From positions 81,406,001 to 81,470,000 of the forward strand of contig CM126218.1 of NCBI GenBank assembly GCA_052327205.1: DNA of 64,000 bases, in the 5' to 3' direction. The translations under genes were made by a program, and so were the position numbers. Position 1 is the first letter of the stretch, and each line of letters opens with the position of its first letter. This stretch comes from Somniosus microcephalus. Taxonomy: Eukaryota. This document shows positions 36,928-50,563 of this stretch, in pieces. Below the pieces are notes generated by a model, which was not told where the DNA came from, did not search any database, and saw only the letters and a program-made list of their open reading frames with translations.

Positions 36928-37875
36928 CTGGGTCAGTATTAGGACCGCTGCTCTTTTTGATATATACTAATGACCTGGACTTGGGTATACAGGGCATAAT
37001 TTCAAAGTTTGCAGACGATACAAAACTGGGAAATGTAGTAAACAAGGAGGATAGTAACAAACTTCAGGAGGGCAGACAGGCCAGTGAAATGGGCAGACAC
37101 ATGGCAGATTAATTTTAATGCAGGTTAAGTGTGAAGTGATGCATTTTGATAGGAAGAATGAGGAGCAGCGATATGAACTAAATGGTACAATTTTAATGGA
37201 GGTGCAGGAAGAGAGAGACCTGGGGTGTATGTACACAAGTCTTTGAAGATGGCAGGACAAGTTGAGAAGGCTGTTAAAAAAGCATATGGGATCCTTGGTT
37301 TTATTAATAGAGGAAGAGAGTGCAAAAGCAAGGACGTTATGCTGAACCTTTATAAAACACTGGTTAGGCCTCAGCTGGAGTAGTGTGTTCAGTTCTGGGC
37401 ACCAGACTTTAGGAAGGATGTCAAGGCCTTGGACAGGGTACAAAAGAGATTTACTAGAATAGTACCAGGTATGAGGATCTTCAGTTATGGAGAGAGACTG
37501 GAGAAGCGGAGGTTGTTCTCCTTAAAGAGAAGGTTAAGAGGGAATTTGATAGGGGTGTTCAAATTCATGAACGATTTTAATAGTCAATAAGGAGAAACTG
37601 TTTCCAGTGGCAGAAGGGTCAGTAACCAGAGTGCACAGATTTAAGGCGATTTGACAAAAGAACCAGAGGCGACATGAAGAAACTGTTTTTTTTAAAAACA
37701 CAGCGAGTTGTTATGATCTGGAATGCGCTGCCTGAAAGGGTGGTGGAAGCGGATTCAATAGTAACATTCAAAAGAGAATTGGATACATACTTGAAGGGAA
37801 AACATTTACAGGGCTGTGGGGAAAGAGCAGGGAAGTGGGATTAATTGGATAGCTCTGCCAAAGAACTGGCACAGG
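36928..37875 (+). mobile_element. CR1 LINE RT/3' fragment, disrupted
   Basis: GSVLGPLLFLIYTNDLD.GI...ISKFADDTKLG, LYKTLVRPQLE*CVQFW and RVV.IWNALP, with frameshifts and stops. Confidence 0.92.
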
Positions 37876-38130
37876 AATATTCTATGAATATCAAGCATTG
37901 CATTAATTTTAGATGGTTAGGACAAAATGCTGAAAATCCACTGGTACTTAGAAGGGCCACCAGCTACGATTTGTGTCTCAATTTGGAGCTCTGTTTATCA
38001 AATATGCAGCCCTGCTTTGTCCTGGAAATGGATGAACAGCTTGAGACAGATTTCTGAGATGGAAGGCATTGATATCTTTGAAGTCTGTTTCAATAGACAG
38101 CTCTGTAGCCTGTTTGGCACACTTTACCCA

Positions 38131-38520
38131 AGTGTCAGCCTTGGCTCAGTGGTAGCACTCTTGTCTCAGAGTCAGAAGTTTCTGGGTTCAAGCCCCACCC
38201 AGATACTTGAGCACATAACCTAGGCTGACATTCCAGAGCAGTACTGAGGGAGTGCTGCACGGTCAGAGGTGATAAAATGTTAAATTAAGACCCCAGCTGC
38301 CCTCTTGGGTGGATGTAAAAGATCCCATGCCACTTTTCAAAGAGGAGCAAGGGCGATTATCTGGTCATTTATCTCATTGCTGTTTTGTGGGACCTTGCTA
38401 TGCACAAGTTCCCCACAGTACAACAGTGAATACATTTCAAAAGTACATAATTGTCTGTAAAGCGCTTTGGGACGTCCTGAACTTGTGGAAGGTGCTATAT
38501 AAATACAAGTTCTTTTTTTC
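38131..38520 (+). mobile_element. Deu-domain SINE (SacSINE1-like), near full length
   Basis: A box ttggctcagtgg, B box ggttcaagcc, Deu core ggtggatgtaaaagatcccatgccac, and L2-type tail ggtgctatataaatacaagttc. Confidence 0.9.
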
Positions 38521-41500
38521 CTTCTATTTCGGGTCAGTTCTTAGAAGGCCTGGGCAAGCAGACCAAAGGACTTGATGAATAACCAGGTTAACGTATAACC
38601 TTTCCCTCAGATGTGTGATCCAGGTTATGAGAAAATATGAAAGTTTCAAGGTATTTTATTTTGAAACAGATTTGAGTAAGTCAAGTAACCACCCTGATTT
38701 ATCGTTAGGCTGTTAGTTGACTATTGATTCTACGAGTTTTCTATTTCTTAATAAACCTGATTTGCATGGTCTGTGAAGCATGTTATTTGTTCAGCTATCA
38801 GTTTTATACCACATTCGGGGAAGTTACCAGCAAGATAAGGTTTATTGTTCACCCAGATTAATGTGTGCATAAGACCATGTTTGGGTTCACAGGAAATATG
38901 GGCTTGGCTGTACAAGTGGTCCTTTCTTCTAAGCCTGAGAAAAATTATATGGAGAGCACCCGAGTCGCAACAAATTATACTGTCATTGTGGGGGCTTCCA
39001 GAGGTGCAACATTCAGACCTAGTACGACCCTTGTACATTTTGAGCTCATATCTTACATACTACTCGCTTGTGCCTCCTCTTCATAATCCTCTCTTTCCTT
39101 AAAAATTCCCACTCCCTACACCACCAGGAGATGACAGAGGGATTCCATGATGTGAATCTTTGGTGTTTTTGTAGAAGAGAGGTTTGTCTGGTTCTTCAGA
39201 TGTGGGAGCATGATAGATACAATCTTTGTCTACAGACTGCTACTAGAGTCCTTTCTGAAGTTCAGATCTGACCAAATGGATGGGCCAACCATGCTTTGGT
39301 TCAAAAGCTGCAATGAATAGCACAAGAGGGTGTGGAGAGGCAGAATGCAGATCTGGAGCACACAGACCTAGAATAGGCCAGAATATAAACTGTTAAATGC
39401 TATGGACAACTTTGTAATTTGGAGCAATATTCTTGAAGATACAACGTTTAGATGTAGCTTTTTTGAAGTAAAAAAGCATAGAACAATACCGACAAAAACA
39501 GAACTAGTACATTATTATATATATGGACTGATTGAATACCTAGAAATTCTTGCGTTGTTTAAAAAACAGTATCGCATGTTGAGTTAAAAAGAAGTCACTC
39601 AAACATTAATAACTGACCAACATCCACGATTCAGGATACAACTTGTAACAGCTTTTTAAAAAAAAGTTAGGATTTGTTATTATCCTATTAAATCATTACA
39701 AACCTGGAAATTATATAAATAATTATCTGTTAAATTATGGACTTATAAAATGCTGTGCAGCATTGAAACTTCTTGAGACTTTGGCTACTGTACTTCGCTT
39801 CTGCAAACAATTAAAAAAAAGAGTTTATTAAGCCAGGGTTGGTTAGCTGTAAAGATTTCAAAGTTCCAACACACATTATTCAAACCTAAAATGTTCTGGC
39901 TTTAGATCTCAATATTTCTTTGATTTTACTTGTTTCCTTCAGTTCTTCTTTCATATGTGCCACTGATTTTTTTTTTAGAAAACATCCTTTTCCTTTCAAG
40001 TCCTGCTATGGCTCTGTGATCTCGTTGTCAGGGTTGCCACATTGGATTGGTTGGGTTATCAGCAAATTATTCCTCAGCCGTGTTTATTTAAAATAAGAAT
40101 CCTTTCACACTGCTTTGCGATTTTTTTTTTTTTAAACCTTTAGTAAAAAAGTTATTTGCCGTGTAAATTTAAGTCTTTAAAACGACAAACCGTAAACAAT
40201 GTACTGTCCTTAAAATATCCAGATTGATCCAGATAAAGCAAAGTATGCACTGTTCTATAGCTGACATCAATGGCAGTTAAAATGAACAAATTTTAAACAG
40301 TTTCTATCTGGATTTTCAATGATGAATGTCACGATCCTCCAGTATACATTGAGAATACTGATTACTTCAATAGTGAATAGTACTGGTTGTCCCATTAAAA
40401 CAAATCCAAGGAAAGTACCAACTGTTTCCCATTGTTTCTTGTGTAAATCTAACCCAGTTAATTGAATATGGTTATTTACATAAGCCCCTTAGTAACGGGA
40501 GATTTTGCCCTCCAAGATGGACTCCCAATGAGTTTTTTGCATCATGTTCTGTCTTTTGGTCTTCAGATCAAAAAGACATTCAAGGTCTTTGTTCCATTTT
40601 CCCAATATTGCAGAGGGGGAAAAAAAGGGAGTGAACAACTTTGATTTAAAATAGGGCCACGTCTTTTGTTACATTATGAAAGTGTTCTTACTTTCTTTTC
40701 AGATTCACAAACTGCATTGACTTGGGGGGGGGAGGGGGGGGGTGGAGGAAAGGGAATCTGGGAGAGGAATACCATTCAACAGAGGTTGTTTAATCTCAAT
40801 GCTTAATTGTGTAATTATCACCGCTCCAGACATTATGAAATTAGGGGGGAGGTTCTATATTTGAACTGAAAACCAGATTTATTTTGTAGTAAATTACAAA
40901 AGAAAACTCCGTTCCTAAAGGGCAATATAGACTCTCGGCACTACATTGTTTTCAATTTACATTTTGGCATCAGTTAGACTGCAAGAAATTAGCAGCCAAG
41001 TTTTTACTAGAAATCAAATATACAAAGACTGTATTGAAGTTATACTGTATAGGCCCAGGTTCATGGCAGAGGCAAAGGCTAATTAAGTTTTCTACTAATC
41101 ACAGTTCAAAAAGCTGTAAAGGCATTGGCAGTGAACCCTATATGCTACTTTAAAAAAAATGTAGCCTAAACGTACTGTGGCTTGGAAAGGAACTCGAAAG
41201 AATTACCTGGGGACCTCACTTCCCTCAAAATATAGCGCCACTAATACTCTCCAGATCGGCTGGCCCCTTTTCTAACTGTGTCAAGAAAATGTTTACGTTC
41301 AGGATGGGTTCATATGAAAGGTCAAAGAAATTTAGGGGTCTTAAGATCCAACGACAATAGCACCGAAACTTCTGCCTCAAAAAGGGAGGAAGAAAAAAAT
41401 ATAATTTAAAAATCATTTACTTGCTAAGATCAATGGAAAAAAATTATTTCCACTGCATTTCAATTGCTACCAGCTTGTAATTTTATAAAATCACCGTCAC

Positions 41501-44500
41501 TGTGGCAAAGGAACCATGTTTCATCTGCACTTCAAAGGCTTGTACAGTTTGAAGAAAAAAGCATGCTTACGTGCTTACAATGCATTTAAAACCTTGATGA
41601 AAATAATGGGGACTATCTAGTGTAATTATTTGTGATTTCATCTAACGGACATTTGGCTACTAATCCAAAATACATTTACAAAATAGAGGTAAACAAGGCA
41701 TAAAAAAAAAGTTGAAGGCATAACACAGAACTGAGGGACTTAAGGGGCCTTATCCCGAATAAGATATAATTCAAACAAATCCAGGTTTTGAATGGACAGC
41801 TTCATCACTTCATGAGCTTTTGTCACCACGGGAACTTTTCTGGGGAACTGAAATGCTTTCCCCATTAAATTCACTTCCCCCCACAATATATTGTTAAAAT
41901 ATAACCCACTGGGACCATATTTCTAGCCAACCTTTGAAATATATAGTCTTTCCATTGTGTAACAGCACAAGCAAAATACTGTTTGGAGTATTTCTAATGT
42001 TAGCTGTCTTTAAATGCACTGAACCAAACAGCAAATTTTCTGTATTTTCCAAATAAAACTTTGAAGAAACCAATGGCCTGCACACAATACCAGAATGCAT
42101 TTTCCCGACTGGATATCCTAATGCGATGACAATTTCATCTGTTACAGCAAAAAAAAAGTTACCACATCGCTCACACCAGTTGTCATTAAATTGAAAAAAA
42201 TACCAAAATGGTATTAATCATAAAAAGTTTGAAGTTGCAATTCCTTTCTTTAAGCAGTAAAACTCAATGAAGAGACTCTAACAATTCGAGGAAATTTTGA
42301 AGTTTCATATTAGAAATTTTGGAATAATCCTGCATTGACAATGCAAGAATATTTTGTAAATTGAGTTCAAATCTTAATTGCCAAATGTAAGTGAGCAAAA
42401 TATATGAACTCCAGAGCGACAAAATAAGTATTACAAATGTGGACTCAGACAGGTAAACATTGGACAGAATTTCTAAATGGATAGAAATGCTGGGAATAAA
42501 TACTGCATCATTTTGAGAACGAACAGTGCCATCCCATACTGAAATGAAAACACCGTAAAATGCTGCATAAGGTAAGTTATAGCTTGAGGGAAAAATAAGT
42601 CGTGTTAGTATTTTTTATAGACAAAGCAATACCTTGAACAAAATCAAAGTATTCCGCATTGAACAATAAAGAGAACAGCTGTCATACACAAATAATGAAA
42701 TAGAATCCACCTGAAAAACAGAGTTAAGTCCGCAATAAGAGATTAAAAAGATAATATTTTCTATTAATGAATTTGCTTTCATTTTAAATAGGGTTCTTCA
42801 TAAAATCCCACGTATTAAAAAACATTTTAATAGGAAGTAAAAGTTGAAAGAGTTCTATTATAAACCAGAGACTTTAAGTCACTCTTTAAATGAGTTGAGT
42901 AAAAACTTTAAAAAAAAATTCTGTTAGACCCCCATGTAGCAAACACATACCACAGCACGGTAACAGCATTTTTTTAAAGATATGACAATGTGCCTAATTT
43001 GTATTACATGCTTCCACTTATCTGCTGGTTACGTGCCATCCATGTAGTGGGCTGGCATTCTTGCAGCAATCACGGTGAAAAGACCAAACAGACTGGCGCC
43101 TGGTGTCTGGCATCTCCATGAGAAAGAAACGGCTGAATGACAATGGATGTCATCTAGTCATACTGCATGCAGCAGCATGTACTGGCATGTGAAACTGTAC
43201 AGACACTATTCTGCCCCAGACACCACCTCGCAAATGTCCACTACAAGTTGTTGTAATTACAACTGCAATTTCTAAACAATTAAAATTTCAGAAAAAAATT
43301 GCAAAAAGAAAAATAAAGCTATTTCCCGCCCCCCCTCCCCAAATCAGCTCCTTTAGTCTCCACGCCTGAAGTGCTTTTAGTCCCTCAACAGATCTCAAAA
43401 CAATAAACCCTCCCCTTGTTCCAGGCTCAACTGCGAACATTTAAAGAAAAACTATTGGAAGTGCTGCAGCTCATACACATCTCTAATAAATACAACAGAA
43501 TTTGTACAAATGTATTGAGGAAAATGTATTTTAAAAAGTAATACTGTACTCCAGGTGAGAAAATTAAGTGGAAATGTGAAATTGTCAAGACTGCTGTAAT
43601 AAATAGTTAGACCCAATACCACTTGGCTTATCAACTATAGAACCTTTCTTATTTTTGGTTGAGGGGGGAAGAAAAGCTTCTATATGTTGTTCAGAAAGGG
43701 GGAATAATATGTTTGAGTTCCTGATTTTCTTCCCTCAGCCTTTTCAATCATAAAACTACTCAAAAACACCCACCGTCACAAATCCTGGTCATCACTTTGA
43801 TATTGTCAATGACCATTAGAGGATTTTTTTTTTTTTTTTTTATAAAAGGAGGTGTCTGTCTGTTTTATCTATTTTGAGTTGAATCCGATACACTAAAATT
43901 AATGAAATACATTATTTGTATATTAAAAAAAAACTTCATTACAGCAGTGATTTAACAGAATTACTCCCATTAGACTTCGCTCATTTTATCCTCAAAATAC
44001 CAAATCATTCCAACTTCTTCAAAACTTATATACTTAACCCAAACTTTATTTTTTAAAGTATACATAGATACAAATAAAATTTGTAGTAAAATAATCTGCA
44101 TTTTCAAATTGATAAAAGTCGTTTTTTTAAATTATTTATTTTATTGCCAATTTCTGCATCGTTAACTTTGGTGATATACATACTGCAAGTAATTCATTTT
44201 TGTTCGTACTTATTGAGTGTGTATGGGATACCTTTATTTGCTCCTCAACCTCCTGGTCTCCCAACAAAACTTTGCCCCAATGGCACTCTGAACCAGCTAC
44301 GAAGGAGGCACGTTACAGTGGCCTGGGAGAAACGCTCCCTCTTACTTTCCCAGCTCTGCTTTGGATTGCTACCTGACCCCACTGCTCTGACACTGCAGTG
44401 CTCCAATGTGGAATATCTTGTACATAAAACATATTTCTGTAGAACAGTGACATATTTACAAGAAAGTTAACGTTACATTTTTTTTCCTGAAATAAACATG

Positions 44501-46639
44501 CAGAGTTTCAACTTTTCAATTTAAAGTCTTTCCAAAAAAGTGAGAAGTAGAGGGAAGGGAAATAAATAACCCAGCAGATGATTTACATTGTACTCTTCCA
44601 GTATATTATACTTAGAAATATTTATGTTCATTCATGTCCAGCATTTATAGAAGAGTCTCTTTCTGGGAGGAGCAAACTTCCAGGCTATAGGAATTAAAGG
44701 AACAAAAAACAGGATCTATATAAACAGGACATTTTTATATATGTAAAAAATACTAGAGCACTTTTTCAAACTGAATACTTCTAGAACTATATAGATACAG
44801 ATTAACAGAAGACAAATATCGTGGCCGGTTAAATTGAGTTAAAAAAAAAAAATCATATTGTAGTACATTCTTAGACAAGAAGATAATTCTGCAGATACTA
44901 ACGAAGTGGGGTATGTTTAAAATACCTTGAGCCATACCAATAAAAATCTTTAAGGAGTCGCTCAAAGACTTGGTTAAAAAACAGATTAGAGACTATCCTT
45001 ATTCAAATTTCAAGGAGTTCTGCAACAGAGTAAACAGTGTGATACTTCTTCATTGCTGAATAGGTAAGTTCGAAACCAAAACTGTTTTGTGACTTAAAAC
45101 CTAAAAAATGCACGTTCTAATTAAAAGCAGTGATAGCAGAAATCAGGACCATAAACGGTAACAAAATGCCATGCTTACAATGCGTTTTTCCAGATCAGAG
45201 CCCAAATACAGTACCCAGTATATTAAGGCCAATTCTTGTACTCTGATTTGGTGCAAACTAGACCCATTGCAAGGCTCTGTTTCACAGTGTCAAAGGTTTG
45301 CATAGATGCTGGAATAACCAGGCAGTTTTTCCTGCTGTACTACTACAATACCCATAAATCTTCCTTCACATCTTTTATGTAAAATAGGTTTTTAAAAAAT
45401 GACAAAAGATTTGAACTGTGTCACTGAGGCAACTGTCAGTTCTAAAATGTTGATCCAAGCATTTGAAGTCAAAATTCAAATATAAATGTTTTTCTCAATA
45501 ACAAAAAAAGGGAAACTATGCTGTTTTTAAGCTAAGTTAATATCTGGATGAGTCTATCTGGGCAAATATGTGGTCAAAAGTGTAACTAAGACCGGAAGAT
45601 TATTATTTCAAGCATAAATTTAGGTAAATGACTGGAATTATTATTAAATAAACAACATAATTACTCTGTTTCTTAGCTTTTCCATCTTGCACTGGGAAGT
45701 TGGAAATTATGTCTAAATGCAATTATGAGACTTTTAGTATCAGCTGATGAGAACAAAGGGTCATGCTTCAGAAATATTTGAACAGTTAAAAACACTTGGA
45801 AAGAAATAGATGAAAAATATGAAAGGCAATAACATAATAGGTGTGGGGAAAAATAAATTGTAGCCTCAAAAATACAACCATAACATTATGCTCCATTTCT
45901 TAATTGCCTGCTGCAGATGAATCAGACACTACATTACAAATCAAAATCACATACAGTTCAGCTCTGGAATCTAATTACACATTATCTGAAGATTTGATAA
46001 AATTTATTTCGAATAGTTGCCAAAGAATTGTTGAAGGTCACTTCACAGAGAATACAGAAAGTTCACAGAGTAATTTGCCTAGCATTATAATCTAGTGTGG
46101 CTGTTGGTGCTGTTATCGTCACAATTTCAACATCATACCTGCTTTATGAATAAAACTTAATAAACTGACACAATACCCTACATTAGATTTCAAATAGACT
46201 CATTTCATGATCTTTACTATGGCACCTGGCATAGTCCTGGCAGAAGAAATATCAGTTTCTTAAAGAATGTCACCATCATAATCCCATTAAAGTCAATTTT
46301 AAAAATATAAAACTATAACCAGGAATTGTCAGCTTCCTTTTATTTTATTTTTTTAAATGGGCCTTTTTGTTTAAACAAATGCTGATGACACCAAAGAATA
46401 ACTGGTTTACAAGAGTTACTGTGCCCGACGATCTGAGGGAGCAGAATTAGTAACAATCATTAACCCATGGCATACTTTAGCTTCAACTGTAAACTGCTCA
46501 TACAGCTGTGTCTGGTTTAGCAATCCTTGGAGATGGCTTCATTCCTAACTGATTAAACAAATATTAATGCTGAACTTGAATTCATTTAAGTCAAATATTC
46601 AAGACTTTAACTTTAAATCCAGATCTTTTTTTAAAGTAA

Positions 46640-47005
46640 ATAAAAACAATAGATTTCAGTTAAAGTGCAGTTATGTAGGCAAGTGTGGCAGCAACATCCC
46701 ACAACCAGCAGGTGATTGACCTTTTCTTGGTGGTATTGGTTGAGGAAGGAGTACTGTTTAAGAAAGGAATGTTGGCCAGGACATCTTGGCTCTTCTTCAA
46801 ATAGTGCCACAGGAACTTTAACATCTACCTGAATCACCAGAACAGAAAAATGGGACTTGGTTTATTGTTTCATCCGAATGACAGCACTTCTATCAATGCA
46901 GTATTGGAATGCCAGGCCAGAACATGCGCTCAAGTCAAGGGTTGGGGCTCAAACTCTCAACCTTGTGATGCAGAGGCAAGAGCACTACCAACTGATGCAA
47001 GCTGT
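46640..47005 (-). mobile_element. Deu-domain SINE (SacSINE1-like), degenerate
   Basis: gttggccaggaca...ctcttcttcaaatagtgccacagga...ggggctcaaactc...agaggcaagagcactaccaactga. Confidence 0.75.
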
Positions 47006-48208
47006 GGCACACAAACCAAAGTATCAAAGAGCAAAGTTTCCCATCGAGAACATTTTGGGGCCTGCTTTTCCAGCTGTAGACGGACTTCTTTCCCAATTTG
47101 TGGATGTTATCTGACCTCTGCCCACAATACCATTTTCCACTTGACATCTACACCAGTGGTACTAGTTTAATACTGGAATGGGTGGATTACATGAATTGCG
47201 GGTAATCTGATGTAATTTACAGTTCTGAAAACAGGTGCAGTGACGTGACCAGCACAAATCAAGCTGTCCTTGTCCTCAAAATGGTTGGAATCATGTTGGT
47301 AAGTTATTCAGGTAAAACATATGAAGTTATTACAATTGAAGATTTGGGGAACAGAATTTATTTGCTACATTCCTGAACTTCACTGTTGGGCTAGATGCTT
47401 CTCCGACCCAGTTCTCCCACTCAAATTTCAGGTGTTAAAACAACCAAATATATGGCATAAAATTAGTATGTTTCTACTAAATGCCTTTACACCATTCTGT
47501 TCCATCTAGTAAACTATATGGAGAGAGAAATAAAAAGAGAAATAAACAACATTTCTGCAAATTTATAGAGACCCCTTGCTTTCCTAACTGGGCAACAACT
47601 GCAATAGAGACAGTGACTACCTTTGGCTACCAGTAAACCTTACTACCTACCTGCAAGAAAAAATAGCCACTTTAACTTTGATAAACTGCCATTCAACAGT
47701 AACTATACATGAAGGCATAATCAGGTTACAGCATTTCAGAAGAATCACTTTTTACATTTACAGTGTAAAGTCCATTCAGTCTGCTCTTTATATCACATGC
47801 TGATTTTAGAGTTTCTGCAGATGTCACAATCAACTGCACAACGGACTGGAAGATCCCATGTTATCCATGGCGGAGTCTGAACTTGTAAATAACAAACATT
47901 AAGTAAATACTTCTGTGCCCTTCTTCACATTGAAGTCAGCACAACACAGACTAAATCAAATCACTTGAATGCATTTTATTTACACACAAAGTTGTGCCTA
48001 TTGAAGGAACGGATTAAAATTTCAGTGTCAACTTTCTGAAAAATACCTATTAACTGAAACTTCTGTTAAACATAAAGAGAGCAGATTATGATTCTATTTT
48101 GAAGGAATGGACCATTACTATCAACTCATACTTGCTCTTAACTCAGTGTTTCTACAATCTTCAGGATGTTAAATCCAAACTTGGTGTCACCTAATCACTC
48201 GACTGATT

Positions 48209-48470
48209 TATAGAATCATAGAATAGTACAGCACAGAAGGAGGCCATTCGGCCCATCGAGTCTGCGCCGGCTCTTTCGAAGAGCAATCCAGTTAGTCCCA
48301 CTCCCCCGCTCTTTCCCCATATCCCAGCAATTTTTTCTCCTTCAAGTATTTATCCAATTCCCTTTTGAAGGCGACTATTGAATCTGTATCCACCGCCCTA
48401 TTAGGCAGCGCGTGTCAAATCCTAACCACTCGTTGCGTAAAAAGGTTTTTCCTCATGTCGCCTCTGGTTC
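48209..48470 (-). mobile_element. CR1 3' end (HER1-like), young
   Basis: (atagaatc)n tail then acagcacagaaggaggccattcggcccatcgag; same family as 33920. Confidence 0.88.
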
Positions 48471-49698
48471 ATTGTAAAGCACTCAGAGAAGTCTTCCTAC
48501 ATGCATATCTTATCAGCTTATTCAACTATTTTCAAGCTTGGTGGTATCCTGCAGCATGGGCCTTGGTCTATGCATTGACAGCAATGAAACACATCACAAA
48601 GATAAAATACAAGTCCTAAATGCAGTTTTATGGTTATCATTTAAAAATCTTATTTGCTTTATGGGATCATTTAAACATCATATCTGCTATAACAGCTATA
48701 TATGGAATCTTTTTATTGATTAAAGTCAGCATATTATGGAAGTGGAAAGGGTGAACATCCTGGGTGGTTTGCGATGCAGTTGCTTAAAACATTGATTAAT
48801 GTGTAGCTGCAGAGATTCAACTTGTATGGAAGTGAAAGCGAGAACAATGGAAAGGAGCAAAAGACAGTGATGAAGAGTAATGCACAAAATGACACAGCAA
48901 AGATCTATAGGAAAGACGGGCAGAGACAGAAGGAAGGGAAAAATGGGAAAAGAGATTGTCATCAAAATAAATACTCTGACCTTTTTTATTCACTAATATT
49001 TTCTCATGCTAGCATTACTCTGGTGAAAATAATGACTTGGATTACTGAAAAATAAACTGTTAAGCTCGATCGTGTATTATTATAGCAGCTAAGATTTTCA
49101 TAATTGTACAATGTAATTGTGGTTGCGATTTGTTTGTTTTTAGTGGAAAAAACAGGAAAGGGGAAGTTGTCAAGAGAGTGCACAGTATCCCCTCTCCTGC
49201 ACATGGTGAACTCTTACAGCATTTTCTGTTTGTGTTCTATATCTGACATCTAGAAATGAAAATTCAGAAAACTTACTCCTAATGGACAAGTTGCAGCATC
49301 GGCGTGCCTTTGAAACATAAACTTGTTACAGGAATATTTATACAGTAGTGAATTGTCTTTAACGTTGTACTTTTTATTGATTTTTTTTTTTTTTTTTATA
49401 AAAACAGTGACCATTGATGGCAGAAGGAGCTACTTTGGAGGACTTACTTAGTCCAGCACTGTAAGGGAGCTAAATTAACATATACAGTTGAAATGACAAG
49501 ATCACTGAAGCACACTGGGTGAATGAAGGTATCTAGCACTGTTAATTTGGTTCCCTCACATTGTCAAGCTCAGTAATTCTGCCAAGTCCGTTTTCCAGAT
49601 TAGATTGTCAACATTTACTGTGTATACAAAAATGATCAGAAAAATCAAAATATTATTTTAAACTTTTTCCTTAAAAAACGGTGCTGATAGTAACACTC

Positions 49699-50563
49699 AG
49701 GGAAAAATTCAGTTGGTTTGCGCCTCCCGTTAGCGACTTAAGAGGGCGCTAATGGGGCGCAAAGCAACTAGCGCCCGTGCGCGGCGATGTTTGCGCCGCT
49801 CACGAAATTAACTAGACATTTTGCGGCGGCGCTAAACACTACCGCCACGATTTCCTGCGCCGGCAGACTGTGATGTCAGTCGAGTGCGCAACGCCCCGGA
49901 CTGGATATTGAGTGGCGCCCCCCTGCCTTACCACCTGCCGCTAGCAACGACAGGTTGAGGGGAGCATTTTGCAGTCAGAAAGGGACTGGGGGAGCGCTAT
50001 TTAAAGGCGACCGCTTCCTGCCTTTTCTTGTTGCTGACATTTTTGCACCACGTATTCTGAGAGAGAGAGAGAGATTCTGGAGAGATTCAACGCTGTGTGA
50101 AGATGTTTTGGGTACTGAGCAGCACTTTGCAGGTTCATTTTGATTTGCTGTTCCTTGTATCTATTTAGAAGAGACTGTGGGGGCTGCACTCGGAGCTCTT
50201 TCCCTGGGCCTCTCCATTGTTCTTTCCAGCAGATTTGATGTACAGGTCTCTCCAGGCTGAGATTCAAGGCTGCAATGAACAGGATGTGGATGGAGAGCAA
50301 GATCAACCCTCCCCTTTAAGAGCTGGCCAGCGACATTGTGTCTGTGCTCCATTGCTGACTGACATCACATGAGCTTTGGTAGCGCCTCGCTCCTTGGCCT
50401 TTGCGCCTTAAGACAGTTGTAAAGCGCCTGATTTAGCGCTCCAATCACCTCCAGGGGCGATAAAAGCCAAGTTTGAAGTCAGAGGCGATAATTAGCGCCA
50501 GGCGCTAATCTTTGCGCTCGGCCGATAATTGCGCCCCAAACGGGGCGATAATGATTTTTCCCT
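49699..50563. mobile_element. GC-rich non-autonomous DNA transposon, PIF/Harbinger-like
   Basis: TIR agggaaaaat / atttttccct with a 3-bp TSD ctc and many ggcgctaa/ttagcgcc subterminal motifs, as in 16202..16894. Confidence 0.72.

Noticed and set aside
36390-36928. hAT element ending in gttggcaacc
   Set aside because: Only one convincing terminus; no matching TIR or TSD found.
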